A stretch of DNA of 64,000 nucleotides from a virus (IMGVR_UViG_3300027747_004308:5127-69126), one strand, 5' to 3'. Counted from the stretch's first letter, positions 9,594 through 20,746 are shown. The notes: generated by a model from the letters alone, not told the origin. A program made the numbers and translations.

Positions 9594-10699
9594 TTCTTAC
9601 TATCATGTATATTTCCAGTAATGCTCGTCTCTACTGGAAGCGAATGTGCAATGTGTTCTATATTTTTATCCATATAATAATCCCAATGTGAATGCTTATC
9701 TAGAATATCTTTATCTAGACCATTAGGAGCCGCAGTATAGCTGAGCAATGTTAGCGCACCAGTTAACCCGGTATTAACAACTGTCTCATACGGTGTATTC
9801 ACTCCATTAAAAATGTTATCATCAAAAGAAACACCACATTTGGCAAATGCAGCTTTAAAATACATTACTAAATCTGAAAGAAAGATATCTGGATCATTCT
9901 CTACGTATCTACCCGCTTTGATCGGTGTATACATATAATATGAAATATGTTCTAACTTTGTATCTAAATGCACAACTTTACTCAGTAATTTGTATCGCCT
10001 TTCAAACCCTAATAAAAATTTTAATGCCTTTAATGCATCATCTTCATTACATATTACAAATGCTAATCTAGATATTCTCAAATTAGCACTTATAGTATTC
10101 CATAAACCTTCTATAACTTTATTATAAATTTGATTATTATGATACTCTGCAGAATGTATACTAATACCAATTTTATTAATCTTTGCATCTTTTAAGTGCT
10201 TTACATATTTTTTATCTGCTAATTTTAAGCCGTTTGTTTGTATATTTGCTTTTTTTCCAAGCCTATTAATTTCACAAATAATTTGATTCAAGTCATCTCT
10301 AACTGTAGGTTCTGCACCTACAAGAATAATTTCCGGTGTTTTTATGTCTTGTATTTCACTAAAAATTCTTAATAAAGGTTTGTCCTTTGTAGCATTATCA
10401 GGACTATAGTAACAATGCTTACAATGTAAGTTACATTTGCTTGTCACATCAATAGCAGTCATTAAATTAGCGTGCGATGAATGCTTATTGCAAGAAACAT
10501 CTGAAAAATTGAAATTTTTATCTTCTAAAGAAAGATATAGTTTTTCTAAAAATTCATAATTATTCTCTATCAAATACTCAGATATACCGCATTTATTACA
10601 CGTCTTAACGACATATGCTTTTTTGTCACGCTCTTCTATAACACCATCAATAGGCTTATTACACTTAAAGCAATATACATTTATTTTCCTGTTTTTCAT
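9590..10699 (-). CDS. radical SAM protein
   Basis: CNLHCKHC (CxxxCxxC), GAEPT, TNG; N-terminal CxxC..K.C zinc-like domain. Confidence 0.88.
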   Translation of the reverse strand: MKNRKINVYCFKCNKPIDGVIEERDKKAYVVKTCNKCGISEYLIENNYEFLEKLYLSLEDKNFNFSDVSCNKHSSHANLMTAIDVTSKCNLHCKHCYYSPDNATKDKPLLRIFSEIQDIKTPEIILVGAEPTVRDDLNQIICEINRLGKKANIQTNGLKLADKKYVKHLKDAKINKIGISIHSAEYHNNQIYNKVIEGLWNTISANLRISRLAFVICNEDDALKALKFLLGFERRYKLLSKVVHLDTKLEHISYYMYTPIKAGRYVENDPDIFLSDLVMYFKAAFAKCGVSFDDNIFNGVNTPYETVVNTGLTGALTLLSYTAAPNGLDKDILDKHSHWDYYMDKNIEHIAHSLPVETSITGNIHDSKK

Positions 10700-11454
10700 T
10701 AATTGGTAATATTTATAGATGGTCTTGAAAAATGATACCACGGAAATCTTGTATTTGAGAGGGCATTAAACTCTTGCTCATTAACAGGATGTATTATAGT
10801 ATTATTAAAAACAGAAAATGAAAAATCTTCTTCATGTCTAGATAGCGAATAGCCATCTTTTCTTATAATAAGTTTCTTAAAAAAAGGAAATAATGTTTGC
10901 CCAATAAGTCTATCTTCACGACCTTTTAAAAATCTAAGATGGTTACTATATTCTTCCGAATTTTTATAATTTTTATTAAAGATTTGTTGCGCTTTTAAGC
11001 TTAAAAAATATCCCCCGCCATTGCAGAACTCATATATTAGATTACTCTCTATAGTACTACTATATCTCTTATCTGTAACCTTTTCAGCATGATATGTAAA
11101 TTTTCCGGGACCAGATTTATGAAAAAACCCACCATAATCAAAGTTAAAATTATATTTTTTTATACGTTTAATGTCTATAAAACTATCATCATCTATTTTT
11201 AAAATATTTTTTTTATATTTTTTAAAAAAAAGTAACCCTTCAATAACTTTTAGATGGAGCATTTCATATGTATCTAAAACATTTATATTAAGAGTATCAC
11301 CATCAAGAAAAGTGTGATCTGAACCGCCTAAAAGAAAATAGTATTCTAATCCGCTATTCTTAAATGCTGCCCTTAATAATTCCTGTTTTTGTTTATTTTT
11401 CTTACAGGTTGTAATTAAAATTATTGCGTTAGCTATTGTTACATCCGCGTGCAT
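10699..11454 (-). CDS. galactosyltransferase-like (GT31) glycosyltransferase
   Basis: DTYE.L..K, KIDDD, GGGYFLS, EDRLIG. Confidence 0.82.
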   Translation of the reverse strand: MHADVTIANAIILITTCKKNKQKQELLRAAFKNSGLEYYFLLGGSDHTFLDGDTLNINVLDTYEMLHLKVIEGLLFFKKYKKNILKIDDDSFIDIKRIKKYNFNFDYGGFFHKSGPGKFTYHAEKVTDKRYSSTIESNLIYEFCNGGGYFLSLKAQQIFNKNYKNSEEYSNHLRFLKGREDRLIGQTLFPFFKKLIIRKDGYSLSRHEEDFSFSVFNNTIIHPVNEQEFNALSNTRFPWYHFSRPSINITN

Positions 11455-12253
11455 ATATAGGTGCCGGTTTTAATAATTCAGGCCAATATTCGACAACATC
11501 AATAGGGGTTGCAAATTCTTTGTTTTCTATTTCACAACACATGTCATCTAGCATTTGTTTTATTTCACTTACCTCTATCTGTAAATCTGGCAATTCTTCT
11601 TTATTTTCTATACTATTAATTTCTTTATCTAATGACGCATAAGCCTTTTGTGCGTAAAAAGTTATAACACCTTTCCATTTACTCTTACAGCTCTCCACTA
11701 ATTGTACATCTTTTTCATAAAGCTTATCTTCTGTAATTTCTAGAATAGCTAGCACTTTCGAAAGTTTACCCTCATCAACTGTTGTTAACAGATATTCTTT
11801 ACGTTGTTTCATTTTTTTAAGCATTTCTGGTCTATCTGATATATTTGGATCAAAGAAAAGCTTTTCGTAACATTCTTCTTTTAAAGAATAATAATCCATG
11901 GTTTTCCATTTTTCATATTCTGTGTCTATTTCTTTTTTATGACGGTCTTTAATATCGTTAATAAATTCATGATTATTTGTATAGTGAGGCTCAAGATCTT
12001 TAGGATCAAATTCACCACTAAAAACATGAAACGAATTAATTTTTTGCGGACTAAACAAGACTTCAAATTTCAATACATTGTCTATTTTAACATTTTTTCT
12101 GCGGTACATGTCGTAGAAATTATATTTGTTATTTTCCTTATAAAATTTTTTTACTCTTGTTAAAAAGCCGTAGACCACCTCTTTACCGTCAAAATACGTA
12201 GTTAAGCAAATATAGAATTTTGAATACTTGAACAGTTGGTCTAATTCACCCAT
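11429..12253 (-). CDS. hypothetical protein
   Basis: Long ORF ending WPELLKP; TAAATA-N5-ATG upstream. Confidence 0.75.
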   Translation of the reverse strand: MGELDQLFKYSKFYICLTTYFDGKEVVYGFLTRVKKFYKENNKYNFYDMYRRKNVKIDNVLKFEVLFSPQKINSFHVFSGEFDPKDLEPHYTNNHEFINDIKDRHKKEIDTEYEKWKTMDYYSLKEECYEKLFFDPNISDRPEMLKKMKQRKEYLLTTVDEGKLSKVLAILEITEDKLYEKDVQLVESCKSKWKGVITFYAQKAYASLDKEINSIENKEELPDLQIEVSEIKQMLDDMCCEIENKEFATPIDVVEYWPELLKPAPIYARGCNNS

Positions 12254-12288
12254 AATAGTATTTACCTAGCTAAAAAAGAATTTCAATA

Positions 12289-14238
12289 TTATGTTGGCGG
12301 GTTTAAAATTTGTGCAGGGATATCTGTTCTATAATTTAAAATAACTTTGGTATTACCGCCGCCATACGGTACTGTAACATTAAAATTACGTTCATACCCG
12401 GTATCCATATCAACGACTCTTACTGGATAAGAACCATTATTAAAGCCCGCTCCTGCACCACTACACCATGGTCCGCTGCCTTGGGTATTGCTACCTGCTT
12501 CGCCATACATTGCATTTTGCGCTACTATGCTATTGTTTATATAAATATCATATTTATTTGTTGGCTCGCGAGTCGGATTATGCCCTACACTAACAGTAAT
12601 TTTGCCATTATCACACGTACCGTACTTGCTTGTTTGTTCCGGTATACCCGTTGCATCAATATTCATAGCTAGTGAAATACCGCGAGCATCACAAAATTCA
12701 CTAAATGCATGGGGTGTTGCACTGTTCATATTTCTAGTTAAACACCAATTAACATATAGTGCTGCTAGCGTACTTACCTGATAACCCTGTTGACGAGCAG
12801 GGGTTTTTAATCCAAGCTCTCTTAAAATACTTAAATTACGGCCTGGGCCTGCTGCAGGAATTTTTGGATAGTTAACACTATAGGGAAGCCCAGTATTAGC
12901 TAATGCCCCGTCACCGATACTAATAGGATCGAGATCGGGGCCTAACCCATAAAGGTTTGACGCCAAAAAGCGCGGTGTAACAGCAGGTGTTGGCGTCGGG
13001 GTAACAGAAGGCGGAGGCGGTGAAGGTGTCGGTGTAGGTGTAAAAGCTATAGTACCTATTTGATTAAGAATAAAGGATTGCCCGTATCTATCTCCTGAAC
13101 CTACATCACTATTTGCATTACCTGGAGCTCCAACTAATGCGGTACCGCTGTTGAGTGTTTCTAGAACGTTTATAGAGCTTCCGAACGCAGTTTTAAGAGC
13201 TCTTGGTGAATCGATAATAAAAGCTGGTTGAGGATTATATGGCACACTAAGATCATACGCATATACTTTGCCTCTATCAGAACTATAAGCTTCTGCACCA
13301 ATAAGAGCTAAAGTGAGACCTGAGGAGCCTGAAGCAGATAATGCAACAGCATCGCCAAAATAATTACCAGGCTGTGAGTCGCCAGACGAAATTATAGATT
13401 GTAAAGTCCAGTATAACCCAGAGCGTTTATATATAAACGCCGCGCCAGTGTTTTGTAAATTATTAAAGTTATCTATAGTAAGCTTATTTCTTGAGCCAAT
13501 AAGTAAATAATCACCTTTAACATCAATATCACAACCAAATTGATCACCAGCGGTATCAAGGTAAGCACCATTAAGAGTAATAAGTTGACCATTTATCCAA
13601 CCTAAAGTAGTATCATATCTATAATAATAAACAGCACCGCGGTTGCCATAATATGGCGCGCCTATAAAAATTTCATCTCTACCTGTATTAACAGCAATTG
13701 ATTTACCGAACTGATATTTATCTACCGGCGCTATATTACCAGAAGAAAACGCTCTTACAAATGTCCACCCTGTAGTACCGTTATTACTAAAATACTGCAA
13801 CACTGCTTGTTGATTATTATTACCTGTGGTGCCCACAAACAGTGTGTTTGCCCCCGATAACTTTACACAATAGCCAAACGAATTTCTAAAGTTTACTGCA
13901 GGTGTAATTGTTTGTGTTAAGCTTCCTGCAGTATTGTATACCAAAACACTTCCAAAACCCCCGTTAGCGCCGGGAGCACCTATTACAATATTTGTATTAG
14001 TATTATCTAACGTACAACCAAAATAATAAGGCGCTGCACCTAGACCTGTACCGGGGTTTAATATTGCATTTTGTGACCAAGTAGTACCAGATCTTGAAAA
14101 TATATATGCGAGGCCATAGCCGGTATTAGCACCTGGAGCCCCTATAACGAGATAATTACTAGCTAAAGATGTTTCAAATCCCATTAAGCTATTAGTAATT
14201 GGCGATGCAGCATCTAAAGATTGAGAGCTATATGCCAT
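12289..14238 (-). CDS. FG-GAP repeat beta-propeller virion protein with Pro/Thr linker
   Basis: About 7 FG....IGAP....G.AY repeats. Confidence 0.85.
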   Translation of the reverse strand: MAYSSQSLDAASPITNSLMGFETSLASNYLVIGAPGANTGYGLAYIFSRSGTTWSQNAILNPGTGLGAAPYYFGCTLDNTNTNIVIGAPGANGGFGSVLVYNTAGSLTQTITPAVNFRNSFGYCVKLSGANTLFVGTTGNNNQQAVLQYFSNNGTTGWTFVRAFSSGNIAPVDKYQFGKSIAVNTGRDEIFIGAPYYGNRGAVYYYRYDTTLGWINGQLITLNGAYLDTAGDQFGCDIDVKGDYLLIGSRNKLTIDNFNNLQNTGAAFIYKRSGLYWTLQSIISSGDSQPGNYFGDAVALSASGSSGLTLALIGAEAYSSDRGKVYAYDLSVPYNPQPAFIIDSPRALKTAFGSSINVLETLNSGTALVGAPGNANSDVGSGDRYGQSFILNQIGTIAFTPTPTPSPPPPSVTPTPTPAVTPRFLASNLYGLGPDLDPISIGDGALANTGLPYSVNYPKIPAAGPGRNLSILRELGLKTPARQQGYQVSTLAALYVNWCLTRNMNSATPHAFSEFCDARGISLAMNIDATGIPEQTSKYGTCDNGKITVSVGHNPTREPTNKYDIYINNSIVAQNAMYGEAGSNTQGSGPWCSGAGAGFNNGSYPVRVVDMDTGYERNFNVTVPYGGGNTKVILNYRTDIPAQILNPPT

Positions 14239-14239
14239 A

Positions 14240-15964
14240 TTATGTCTTTCTCCTCAATTCTTTGATAGCTTCAATAATCAAAGGCATAAGCTTTTCATAT
14301 CTTACAGCCTTAGCCCCATTACGTCTTGTCATAACAATTTCAGGCAAAATTTCTTCAACCTCTTGTGCAATAACACCAACATCTTTGCCTGAGTACGGTG
14401 AATTATCATTCCATTCAAAATTAACACCATTTATTTTTTCAAGCTTATCTAAAGCTGATACAATAGGTGTAATATTCTTTTTATAATTTATATCTGAAAG
14501 CGCAAATGCGATTACGTCTTCTGATACTCTTAAGTTTCCACTAACAGAGACCCAGTTTGTAGATGTACCGGTATCAAATATTATTCCTCCTCCTGGATTG
14601 GAGAAAAGAATATTAGCGTTACCTGCAGTATAAAATTCAATATTACCGTTATACACAGGGGCTGCAGCTCTCATATCAACGACAAACCCTTTATATCCAT
14701 CACTATTATAGTTACTCTGTATATTTAAACCGCGGTTGGGTCTAAATAAGCTCGAAGCAGAAGCAACTAAATTAGCGGCGAACGAATCAAAATTAGTTGT
14801 TCTACCTACACCAATACCTACAAACTGATTTTCACGGATAGAAAGAATAGAAGGGAATGTATTACTAAAGGTATTTCCTTCTTCAAAGCGCGCAATGGAT
14901 TGGTTGTCCTGTGCAGGGTAAGTTGCTTGCTTGACAACCATAGCCACATCGTTAAGATTATAATTAATAACACTTAGTGCGCTTGTAGTAGTGACTTTAG
15001 TTTCAAAATATGTTGTATCTCCATAAACAGAAAGATTACCGAGAATGGTAACATTAGAGTTAAGATCAAAAAATACATCGTTTCTAAACACTGGTACACC
15101 GCGAATATCGAAATTTGGAGCTCCGAGAGAACCGTTGTTATGAGATGATAGATAAGTTGTAAGAAGATTATATGTATCATTATATACAACACGAACCGCT
15201 TCTTGATCTTTAGCAAATAAACTTAAATTACCGGCACTCTTTAAATTAAAATCAGCGTTTAGTGTATTAATACATGCAGCGTCAACGAAGATGGGATCAT
15301 CGGATTGAAGTTGAATTTGTGAGTTACTTCCCTCGCTATTAACATATAAAGAACGTGCTACGTTAACTGTAGCTTCTAGATTATTGTTAACGCCTCTCTG
15401 TGCAATATTACCGAAATAGAAACTTGAGTCTGTATAAGGTGCAATAAGATCCGCACAAAGAGAGAGAAACCTTGAATCGAAATCAATTCTATTCTTAATG
15501 CCCGGTAAGCTATATAATGGTGAAACTGAGCCATCATACTGCAATGCAAATCCATCTCCTAACAACTCATTTGAAACTCTCCATGCACCGTTGGTAGGAG
15601 CTTTTTCTATGGATCGATTATTATTTGATAAAGCTCCTGCATATGGAAGTGGGTGAATATTAAACCATCCAAATAATGGACCATCTTCTCCGTTATACCC
15701 ATAGAGAACATTGTCGGTTGTTTGAAAAATTGTATCACCTTTTTGTGCAGAAGACGAATATGCAGTTATATTACCGGTAGCACCGAGAAACCTATTACCA
15801 ACAATCACACCTCCTGGTGTAATGCCATCGCCCATAAAGAGCCTCTGTGTATCGATACTATAACCAAGCTCTCCTTCTGTGAGCGTTGTTTGCAAGCGCT
15901 CAGATTCCAATCCTCTACGAACGAGAATTTTAACTACTGTATTAGATGAGATTTCTATAGCCAT
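14240..15964 (-). CDS. tail fibre with Mtd-N-like N-terminus and peptidase S74 chaperone domain
   Basis: RRG...GELGY..D..RLF.GDG; C-terminal SDINYKKNI...GVIAQEVE...AIKEL. Confidence 0.9.
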   Translation of the reverse strand: MAIEISSNTVVKILVRRGLESERLQTTLTEGELGYSIDTQRLFMGDGITPGGVIVGNRFLGATGNITAYSSSAQKGDTIFQTTDNVLYGYNGEDGPLFGWFNIHPLPYAGALSNNNRSIEKAPTNGAWRVSNELLGDGFALQYDGSVSPLYSLPGIKNRIDFDSRFLSLCADLIAPYTDSSFYFGNIAQRGVNNNLEATVNVARSLYVNSEGSNSQIQLQSDDPIFVDAACINTLNADFNLKSAGNLSLFAKDQEAVRVVYNDTYNLLTTYLSSHNNGSLGAPNFDIRGVPVFRNDVFFDLNSNVTILGNLSVYGDTTYFETKVTTTSALSVINYNLNDVAMVVKQATYPAQDNQSIARFEEGNTFSNTFPSILSIRENQFVGIGVGRTTNFDSFAANLVASASSLFRPNRGLNIQSNYNSDGYKGFVVDMRAAAPVYNGNIEFYTAGNANILFSNPGGGIIFDTGTSTNWVSVSGNLRVSEDVIAFALSDINYKKNITPIVSALDKLEKINGVNFEWNDNSPYSGKDVGVIAQEVEEILPEIVMTRRNGAKAVRYEKLMPLIIEAIKELRRKT

Positions 15965-16644
15965 TATGAAATCCTCAAATATCCGCTCGCATCTCTCCAG
16001 AGCCTGTTAGTTCCCGGTACACCAGCTGTACCTGGCAAGAAGTTAAAACTTAAATTAGATGCGTCTATCCCTTGTCCACTAGTATTAATAGATCCGAAGT
16101 TAATAGCAGCTTGATTAACCGTTAATACCCCGCTTACAACTTTGATTGTATTATCATCATAATTAATTTGTATAGGCCCTGTAAGACCGTTTCGAGTAAA
16201 CCCTTTTGAGTAATCAAATGCATTGTTATTTATTTGTGCGCTTCCGATTGCACCATCCTTAATTTGCAGAAATCCATCATTTCTATATTCTATGGTAAAA
16301 TTATCAACATACGGTCCAATAAATTGATAAGCTGATTCAACTGCGTAATTTGGAAAATTTTGTAAATTTATACCGGAAAGAACATACAAACGATTATCTG
16401 TTCTATTAAAAACAATATCACCTACTTGTGCAGTAGTTAATGTAGGATCTGGGTTTTGAATATCTCCAGAAATGAATTTAATACCCGCGGGATTACCGCC
16501 TCTTGTACTTCCGTCTCCAACAAATATTCTACGGGAAGATGCATCTGTTGTATACCCTACTTCACCTACATCAAGAGTAATCTGCCGTCTCTCATAATCT
16601 GTACCTCTTCTAATCTTAAGTTTTATTACAGAAACAGTAGCCAT
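15964..16644 (-). CDS. fibre-related protein with Mtd-N-like domain
   Basis: KIRRG...GEVGY...RIFVGDG; paralogous N-terminus to adjacent gene. Confidence 0.75.
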   Translation of the reverse strand: MATVSVIKLKIRRGTDYERRQITLDVGEVGYTTDASSRRIFVGDGSTRGGNPAGIKFISGDIQNPDPTLTTAQVGDIVFNRTDNRLYVLSGINLQNFPNYAVESAYQFIGPYVDNFTIEYRNDGFLQIKDGAIGSAQINNNAFDYSKGFTRNGLTGPIQINYDDNTIKVVSGVLTVNQAAINFGSINTSGQGIDASNLSFNFLPGTAGVPGTNRLWRDASGYLRIS

Positions 16645-16699
16645 ATATCAATTATTTATCTCTATGTATTTATTTTATATGGTTTAATTACTAGCTAAA

Positions 16700-16930
16700 T
16701 CAAGTAATTATATCAAAAGCTTTGCTAGCATTCCAGTAGTACTTATTGCCTGGTATAAAGTGTGTAAAATCATCATAGTTAAAAGGTGAGTCATTCACAA
16801 ACGTTCTCTGTGGATCGGTTGATAAGCTCGTTACATGGTAAATATTATCTGCATAATCTGCTATAGGAGCTGGGGAATTACCTTCGAACACTGCTATTAA
16901 CCCACCGGTAGGAATATGAAACGTTGCCAT
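16700..16930 (-). CDS. small hypothetical (paralog of 16937-17158)
   Basis: FHxPxG..FEGNS..DSPFN..FIPG..AFDIIT shared. Confidence 0.75.
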   Translation of the reverse strand: MATFHIPTGGLIAVFEGNSPAPIADYADNIYHVTSLSTDPQRTFVNDSPFNYDDFTHFIPGNKYYWNASKAFDIIT

Positions 16931-16936
16931 AAAGCT

Positions 16937-17158
16937 TTATGTTATAATATCAAATGCTTGATATGTTTCCCAGACGTAGAGTGTTCCAGGAATAAATTCT
17001 GATATAGTATTAAAAGGAGAATCTGGTGCGTAATTACCAATTGGTTCTGTTGATATATCGAGAATATAATTAATATACTGGTCGTATTGCGAAATAGCTA
17101 CAGAGCTATTACCTTCAAATGTTGTTTGAGATCTTCCTTTCGGAACGTGAAATACCAT
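16937..17158 (-). CDS. small hypothetical (paralog of 16700-16930)
   Basis: Tandem duplicate. Confidence 0.75.
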   Translation of the reverse strand: MVFHVPKGRSQTTFEGNSSVAISQYDQYINYILDISTEPIGNYAPDSPFNTISEFIPGTLYVWETYQAFDIIT

Positions 17159-17168
17159 ATACGGTTAT

Positions 17169-17747
17169 TTAGCTATAGAAATATACATTACCACTCTGGA
17201 AGTTCTGGTAATAGTAGGTACCATCAAAAGGATCAGCAAATGCAAAAGGTGTAGGGGGATTGAGTCTAGACGCATCAAAAGTTAAAGATGCAACTATTAC
17301 ATCATCCATATAGATGTTCATACCTATTGGCGCTTCAAATGTGGGGCTGTCACCATTATAATACAAGTATGCTGTTTCAGATTCTGCTTGGAAAAGAATA
17401 TTATCTTTAAAATCATCTGCAGATAATGATCTTGAAAGTACTGCAGGGCTTGGCGTCATTGAAGGTGTTACAGAAGGCGTACAAGTATGTGATGGTGTTA
17501 CAGAAGGCGTACAAGTATGTGATGGTGTTACTGAAGGTGTCTGTGTGACTGAAGGTGTTTGTGTCGGGGTTGGTGTGGTTGTTGGTGTTTGTGTTGGTGT
17601 AGGGGTATGGGTTGGCGTTGGAGGGGGTAATCCACCATTAACAGCAGCCGCAGCTCCTCGAAGCGAAACACCTTTAAATGAAGAGAAATCTGTAGCTGCG
17701 GATTGTCTTGCTCTCGATAAATCTCTAAAACTAGGAGGTGTTGCCAT
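17169..17747 (-). CDS. Thr/Pro-repeat late protein
   Basis: PT repeats incl. 30-bp tandem duplication 17464-17523; TAAATA-N5-ATG. Confidence 0.8.
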   Translation of the reverse strand: MATPPSFRDLSRARQSAATDFSSFKGVSLRGAAAAVNGGLPPPTPTHTPTPTQTPTTTPTPTQTPSVTQTPSVTPSHTCTPSVTPSHTCTPSVTPSMTPSPAVLSRSLSADDFKDNILFQAESETAYLYYNGDSPTFEAPIGMNIYMDDVIVASLTFDASRLNPPTPFAFADPFDGTYYYQNFQSGNVYFYS

Positions 17748-17787
17748 ACTATTATTTATATCTCAAGAGTATAATTTATTACATTTT

Positions 17788-18966
17788 TTACGGTATAATA
17801 AAGACTGCATCAGTTGGGAAGTAATATTGTGCGCCTGAAGGTACTGCAGAAATTCGGGCGACATATGTTGGACCTGAAGGAACATACTTATATCCAAAGT
17901 ATATATTGTTTATAGCATTGTCAGGTATATCGATTGTAGCTACAAGAGTATTAAAGTTTCTTATTACAGGATCATTATAAATCTTTAGAACATTAGTAAA
18001 GTTGCCACTGCCGATAACTGGATTGTAATAGAATAATGCTGGCGGCTTACCATTACATACCCTGCCTCCAAGCGAGTGATCTCCACTTGCGCTATTAAAG
18101 ACAGTACTGGGTATTGTTGGATAAAAGTCTTCACAACCCGTTAGAGTTACAGCAAACGTATACGGAATTGTTGGCGTTTGTGTTGGGGTATGCGAAGACG
18201 TTGGTGTTTGAGTGGGCTTTGTCGGAGTAACAGAAGGCGTATTCGTCGGTGTTCTTGTCGGTGTCGGTGTATTTGTCTTGGTAGGTGTAGGTGTTCTTGT
18301 CGGTGAGGCAGTTGGAGAATAAGTAGGGGTAAACGAAGGTGTAACAGAAATTGTAGGTGTGTTCGAAGGAGTGTTGGGTGGTGTCGCTGTTGGTGTAGGT
18401 GTGTTGGATTTTGTTAATGTGGGTGATAATGTCGGTGTCGGTGATTTTGTTGGCGATAAGGAAACAGTTGGTGTATGTGTCGGGGTCTTCGAAGGTGTAG
18501 GTGTATGTGTTGGTGTTTTCGAAGGCGTTTGTGTATTTGTTGGAGTCTTGGTTGGCGTAGTAGTAGGTGTTCCAGTTGGCGTTGCTGTCTTTGTCGGTGT
18601 CTGTGTTGGGGTGTTGGTAAACGTGGGTGTATTGGAAGGTGTAAGTGAGAATGTAATTGTTGGTGTAATTGTCTGTGTATTTGTTGGTGTTTGCGTAGGT
18701 GTAGGGGTAATTGTCGGAGATAGTGATACAGTTTGTGTATTTGTAGGTGTTTGTGTAGGGGTTTTGGTATTTGTAGGTGTTTGTGTCGGGGTCGGCGTAC
18801 CGGTTTTAGTTGGTGTTGGTGTTGGGGAACCGGTAGGTGTCATTGTAGGAGTCGCCGTTGGTGTGGGTGTTGGGGATGGAAGCACCGGTGTTATTGGTAT
18901 CATTCCAGTAGATCTACGCACTTCAAACTTAGTGTTTCTACGTATTTGAAATATATCCCCGGACAT
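17788..18966 (-). CDS. mucin-like Thr/Pro-repeat protein
   Basis: About 240 aa of TP repeats plus C-terminal domain; TAAATA-N6-ATG. Confidence 0.85.
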   Translation of the reverse strand: MSGDIFQIRRNTKFEVRRSTGMIPITPVLPSPTPTPTATPTMTPTGSPTPTPTKTGTPTPTQTPTNTKTPTQTPTNTQTVSLSPTITPTPTQTPTNTQTITPTITFSLTPSNTPTFTNTPTQTPTKTATPTGTPTTTPTKTPTNTQTPSKTPTHTPTPSKTPTHTPTVSLSPTKSPTPTLSPTLTKSNTPTPTATPPNTPSNTPTISVTPSFTPTYSPTASPTRTPTPTKTNTPTPTRTPTNTPSVTPTKPTQTPTSSHTPTQTPTIPYTFAVTLTGCEDFYPTIPSTVFNSASGDHSLGGRVCNGKPPALFYYNPVIGSGNFTNVLKIYNDPVIRNFNTLVATIDIPDNAINNIYFGYKYVPSGPTYVARISAVPSGAQYYFPTDAVFIIP

Positions 18967-19162
18967 TAGAATTATTTATGAAAGTTTCAAGAATTTAAAG
19001 ATCTTTATTGATATCTATCGTTAAAAGGTATAATTATTTATGTGAACGAAGATACTAATGCATGGTGGATAAAAACAAAAGACATTAGTGATATTTGTGC
19101 GATTATATTCTTTATTCCAGTTATGTTATTTGGCCTTGTGTTAAAACTGATATATAAGCTTT

Positions 19163-19360
19163 ATGAACTACGAAACCCTAACAGATAAGCAAAAAGCTGT
19201 AATATCAAAGTTAAAGCTAATGTTCGAATCACAAGAACAATTGCACAATTGGTTATCTCTTCCAAATAAAATGTTTAGAGATAAACCTCCAATAGATTTA
19301 TTATTATCTGGCAATTTTGATTATTTTGATAGGCTTTTAAATGCAAGCGTATGTCGTTAA
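19163..19360 (+). CDS. MbcA/ParS/Xre antitoxin C-terminal domain protein (DUF2384-like)
   Basis: F.S.E....WL..PN..F....PIDLL..G pattern. Confidence 0.75.
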   Translation: MNYETLTDKQKAVISKLKLMFESQEQLHNWLSLPNKMFRDKPPIDLLLSGNFDYFDRLLNASVCR

Positions 19361-19389
19361 ATTGACGCGGTTTATTAATAAATAATTAA

Positions 19390-20505
19390 ATGGTAGATTT
19401 TATTAAACAAAAGTATCATACTATTTTTGGATTTGATACTTCCCATAAAATCTCTGCAAAAGCTATTGATATTATCTATTGGATAATTATAGCGGCCGCT
19501 TATTGCTTTGCATATCATGCACTTAGCTTAATTCTTACATCGTGGAATTGGTTCCTGGTAGGATTAACATCTCTGGGAGTTGTAGGTCTACCATATTGTG
19601 TTAAAATTATATTATTCGGAAGAGATAAGTTCCCGCGTAAAGCTGCTCTTCTTTGTGCGTTCTTGAGTCTTCTTCCCACTATATTTGACTTTGCAGGTCT
19701 TTATTCAGAAACTGGATTACAGGATAGTTTAAAGCTTAGTAAAGTAAAGATACTTGAACAGATTAATGATTTCGAAGCTAATAGTAAAAAAGCTGCACAA
19801 ACAGATTCAGATAGAATTAAAGAAGAAGAGAGAAATAAGATAGCTGATATTGAGGCATCTAGTTCGCGTAAGTTAACTGATATTAAGAAAGAGATTAATG
19901 AGGCTAATCAAAAAGTAATTGATGAAAAGTCTGGTGTTAAAGCAGATTACTCTACTGGCAAGCCTGGAGAAGGGCCTCGTACAAAAGAATTAGCAGCAGC
20001 AGTAAGACGTTTGCAAAGTGAAGCTGAAATTGAACAAAGTAATGCTCGTGATAAAATAGAAAGAGATGCAAACGTTGTACGAGGGCAAACAAAAGATGCT
20101 CTTAAGAAATCTGTAGAAGCTAATAAACTTATTGATGAGAAGTTCATAGACATTAAAAAAGAGGTTAACAAAGCACATAACTTCAAAGAGCTTGAATTAG
20201 CAGTTATCAATGCAAATGGTTTATTATCGACGGTTGCTTCTAAAGTGAATGTAGAGTTTAAAGCAACTGAAATAGCAGGATCTGATAATATTATTAGACT
20301 TTCATTTAGCTCATTATTGAGCTTTGAGGTTACAGCTCTTGTTTGTTTGTTATTAGCATTCTTAATGGAGATAGGCGATATTGTTATTGTTTATGTTATT
20401 CGGTACGAGAAAGAAAAAATTGAAGGTCCAAAAATCAATCACGACAAAGACGTTGCTTTCCCTATAAGAGTAGCTATGTTTAAGAAGACATATGATGGAT
20501 ATTAA
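19390..20505 (+). CDS. membrane coiled-coil protein (DUF4407-like)
   Basis: 3 N-terminal TMs, coiled coil with TGKPGEGP motif, C-terminal TM. Confidence 0.65.
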   Translation: MVDFIKQKYHTIFGFDTSHKISAKAIDIIYWIIIAAAYCFAYHALSLILTSWNWFLVGLTSLGVVGLPYCVKIILFGRDKFPRKAALLCAFLSLLPTIFDFAGLYSETGLQDSLKLSKVKILEQINDFEANSKKAAQTDSDRIKEEERNKIADIEASSSRKLTDIKKEINEANQKVIDEKSGVKADYSTGKPGEGPRTKELAAAVRRLQSEAEIEQSNARDKIERDANVVRGQTKDALKKSVEANKLIDEKFIDIKKEVNKAHNFKELELAVINANGLLSTVASKVNVEFKATEIAGSDNIIRLSFSSLLSFEVTALVCLLLAFLMEIGDIVIVYVIRYEKEKIEGPKINHDKDVAFPIRVAMFKKTYDGY

Positions 20506-20746
20506 ACGATTTATAATGTGCGCTTGTAATGGCGAAGGTCTTGTTTTAGAAAAATTTAAAAATGAATCAGAAGTATATCTATCTCTATTTGGAAGAGGTC
20601 TGAATATTCAACGATATGGGTGGAAGAGTCGACTAAGACATATTTGGCAAATTCTAACAAAAGGGTTTCCCTATACAGACGAAATAGTTTTGACTAAAAA
20701 AGACGCTCAATATCTTGCAAAATCTCTCAAAGAATTTACAAAATGA
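20492..20746 (+). CDS. hypothetical protein
   Basis: ORF, CxC motif. Confidence 0.65.
   Translation: MMDIKRFIMCACNGEGLVLEKFKNESEVYLSLFGRGLNIQRYGWKSRLRHIWQILTKGFPYTDEIVLTKKDAQYLAKSLKEFTK

Noticed and set aside
17545-18969. Plus-strand Val/Gly-rich ORFs (17545, 18359, 18733; also 27947)
   Set aside because: Antisense shadows of Thr/Pro-repeat genes
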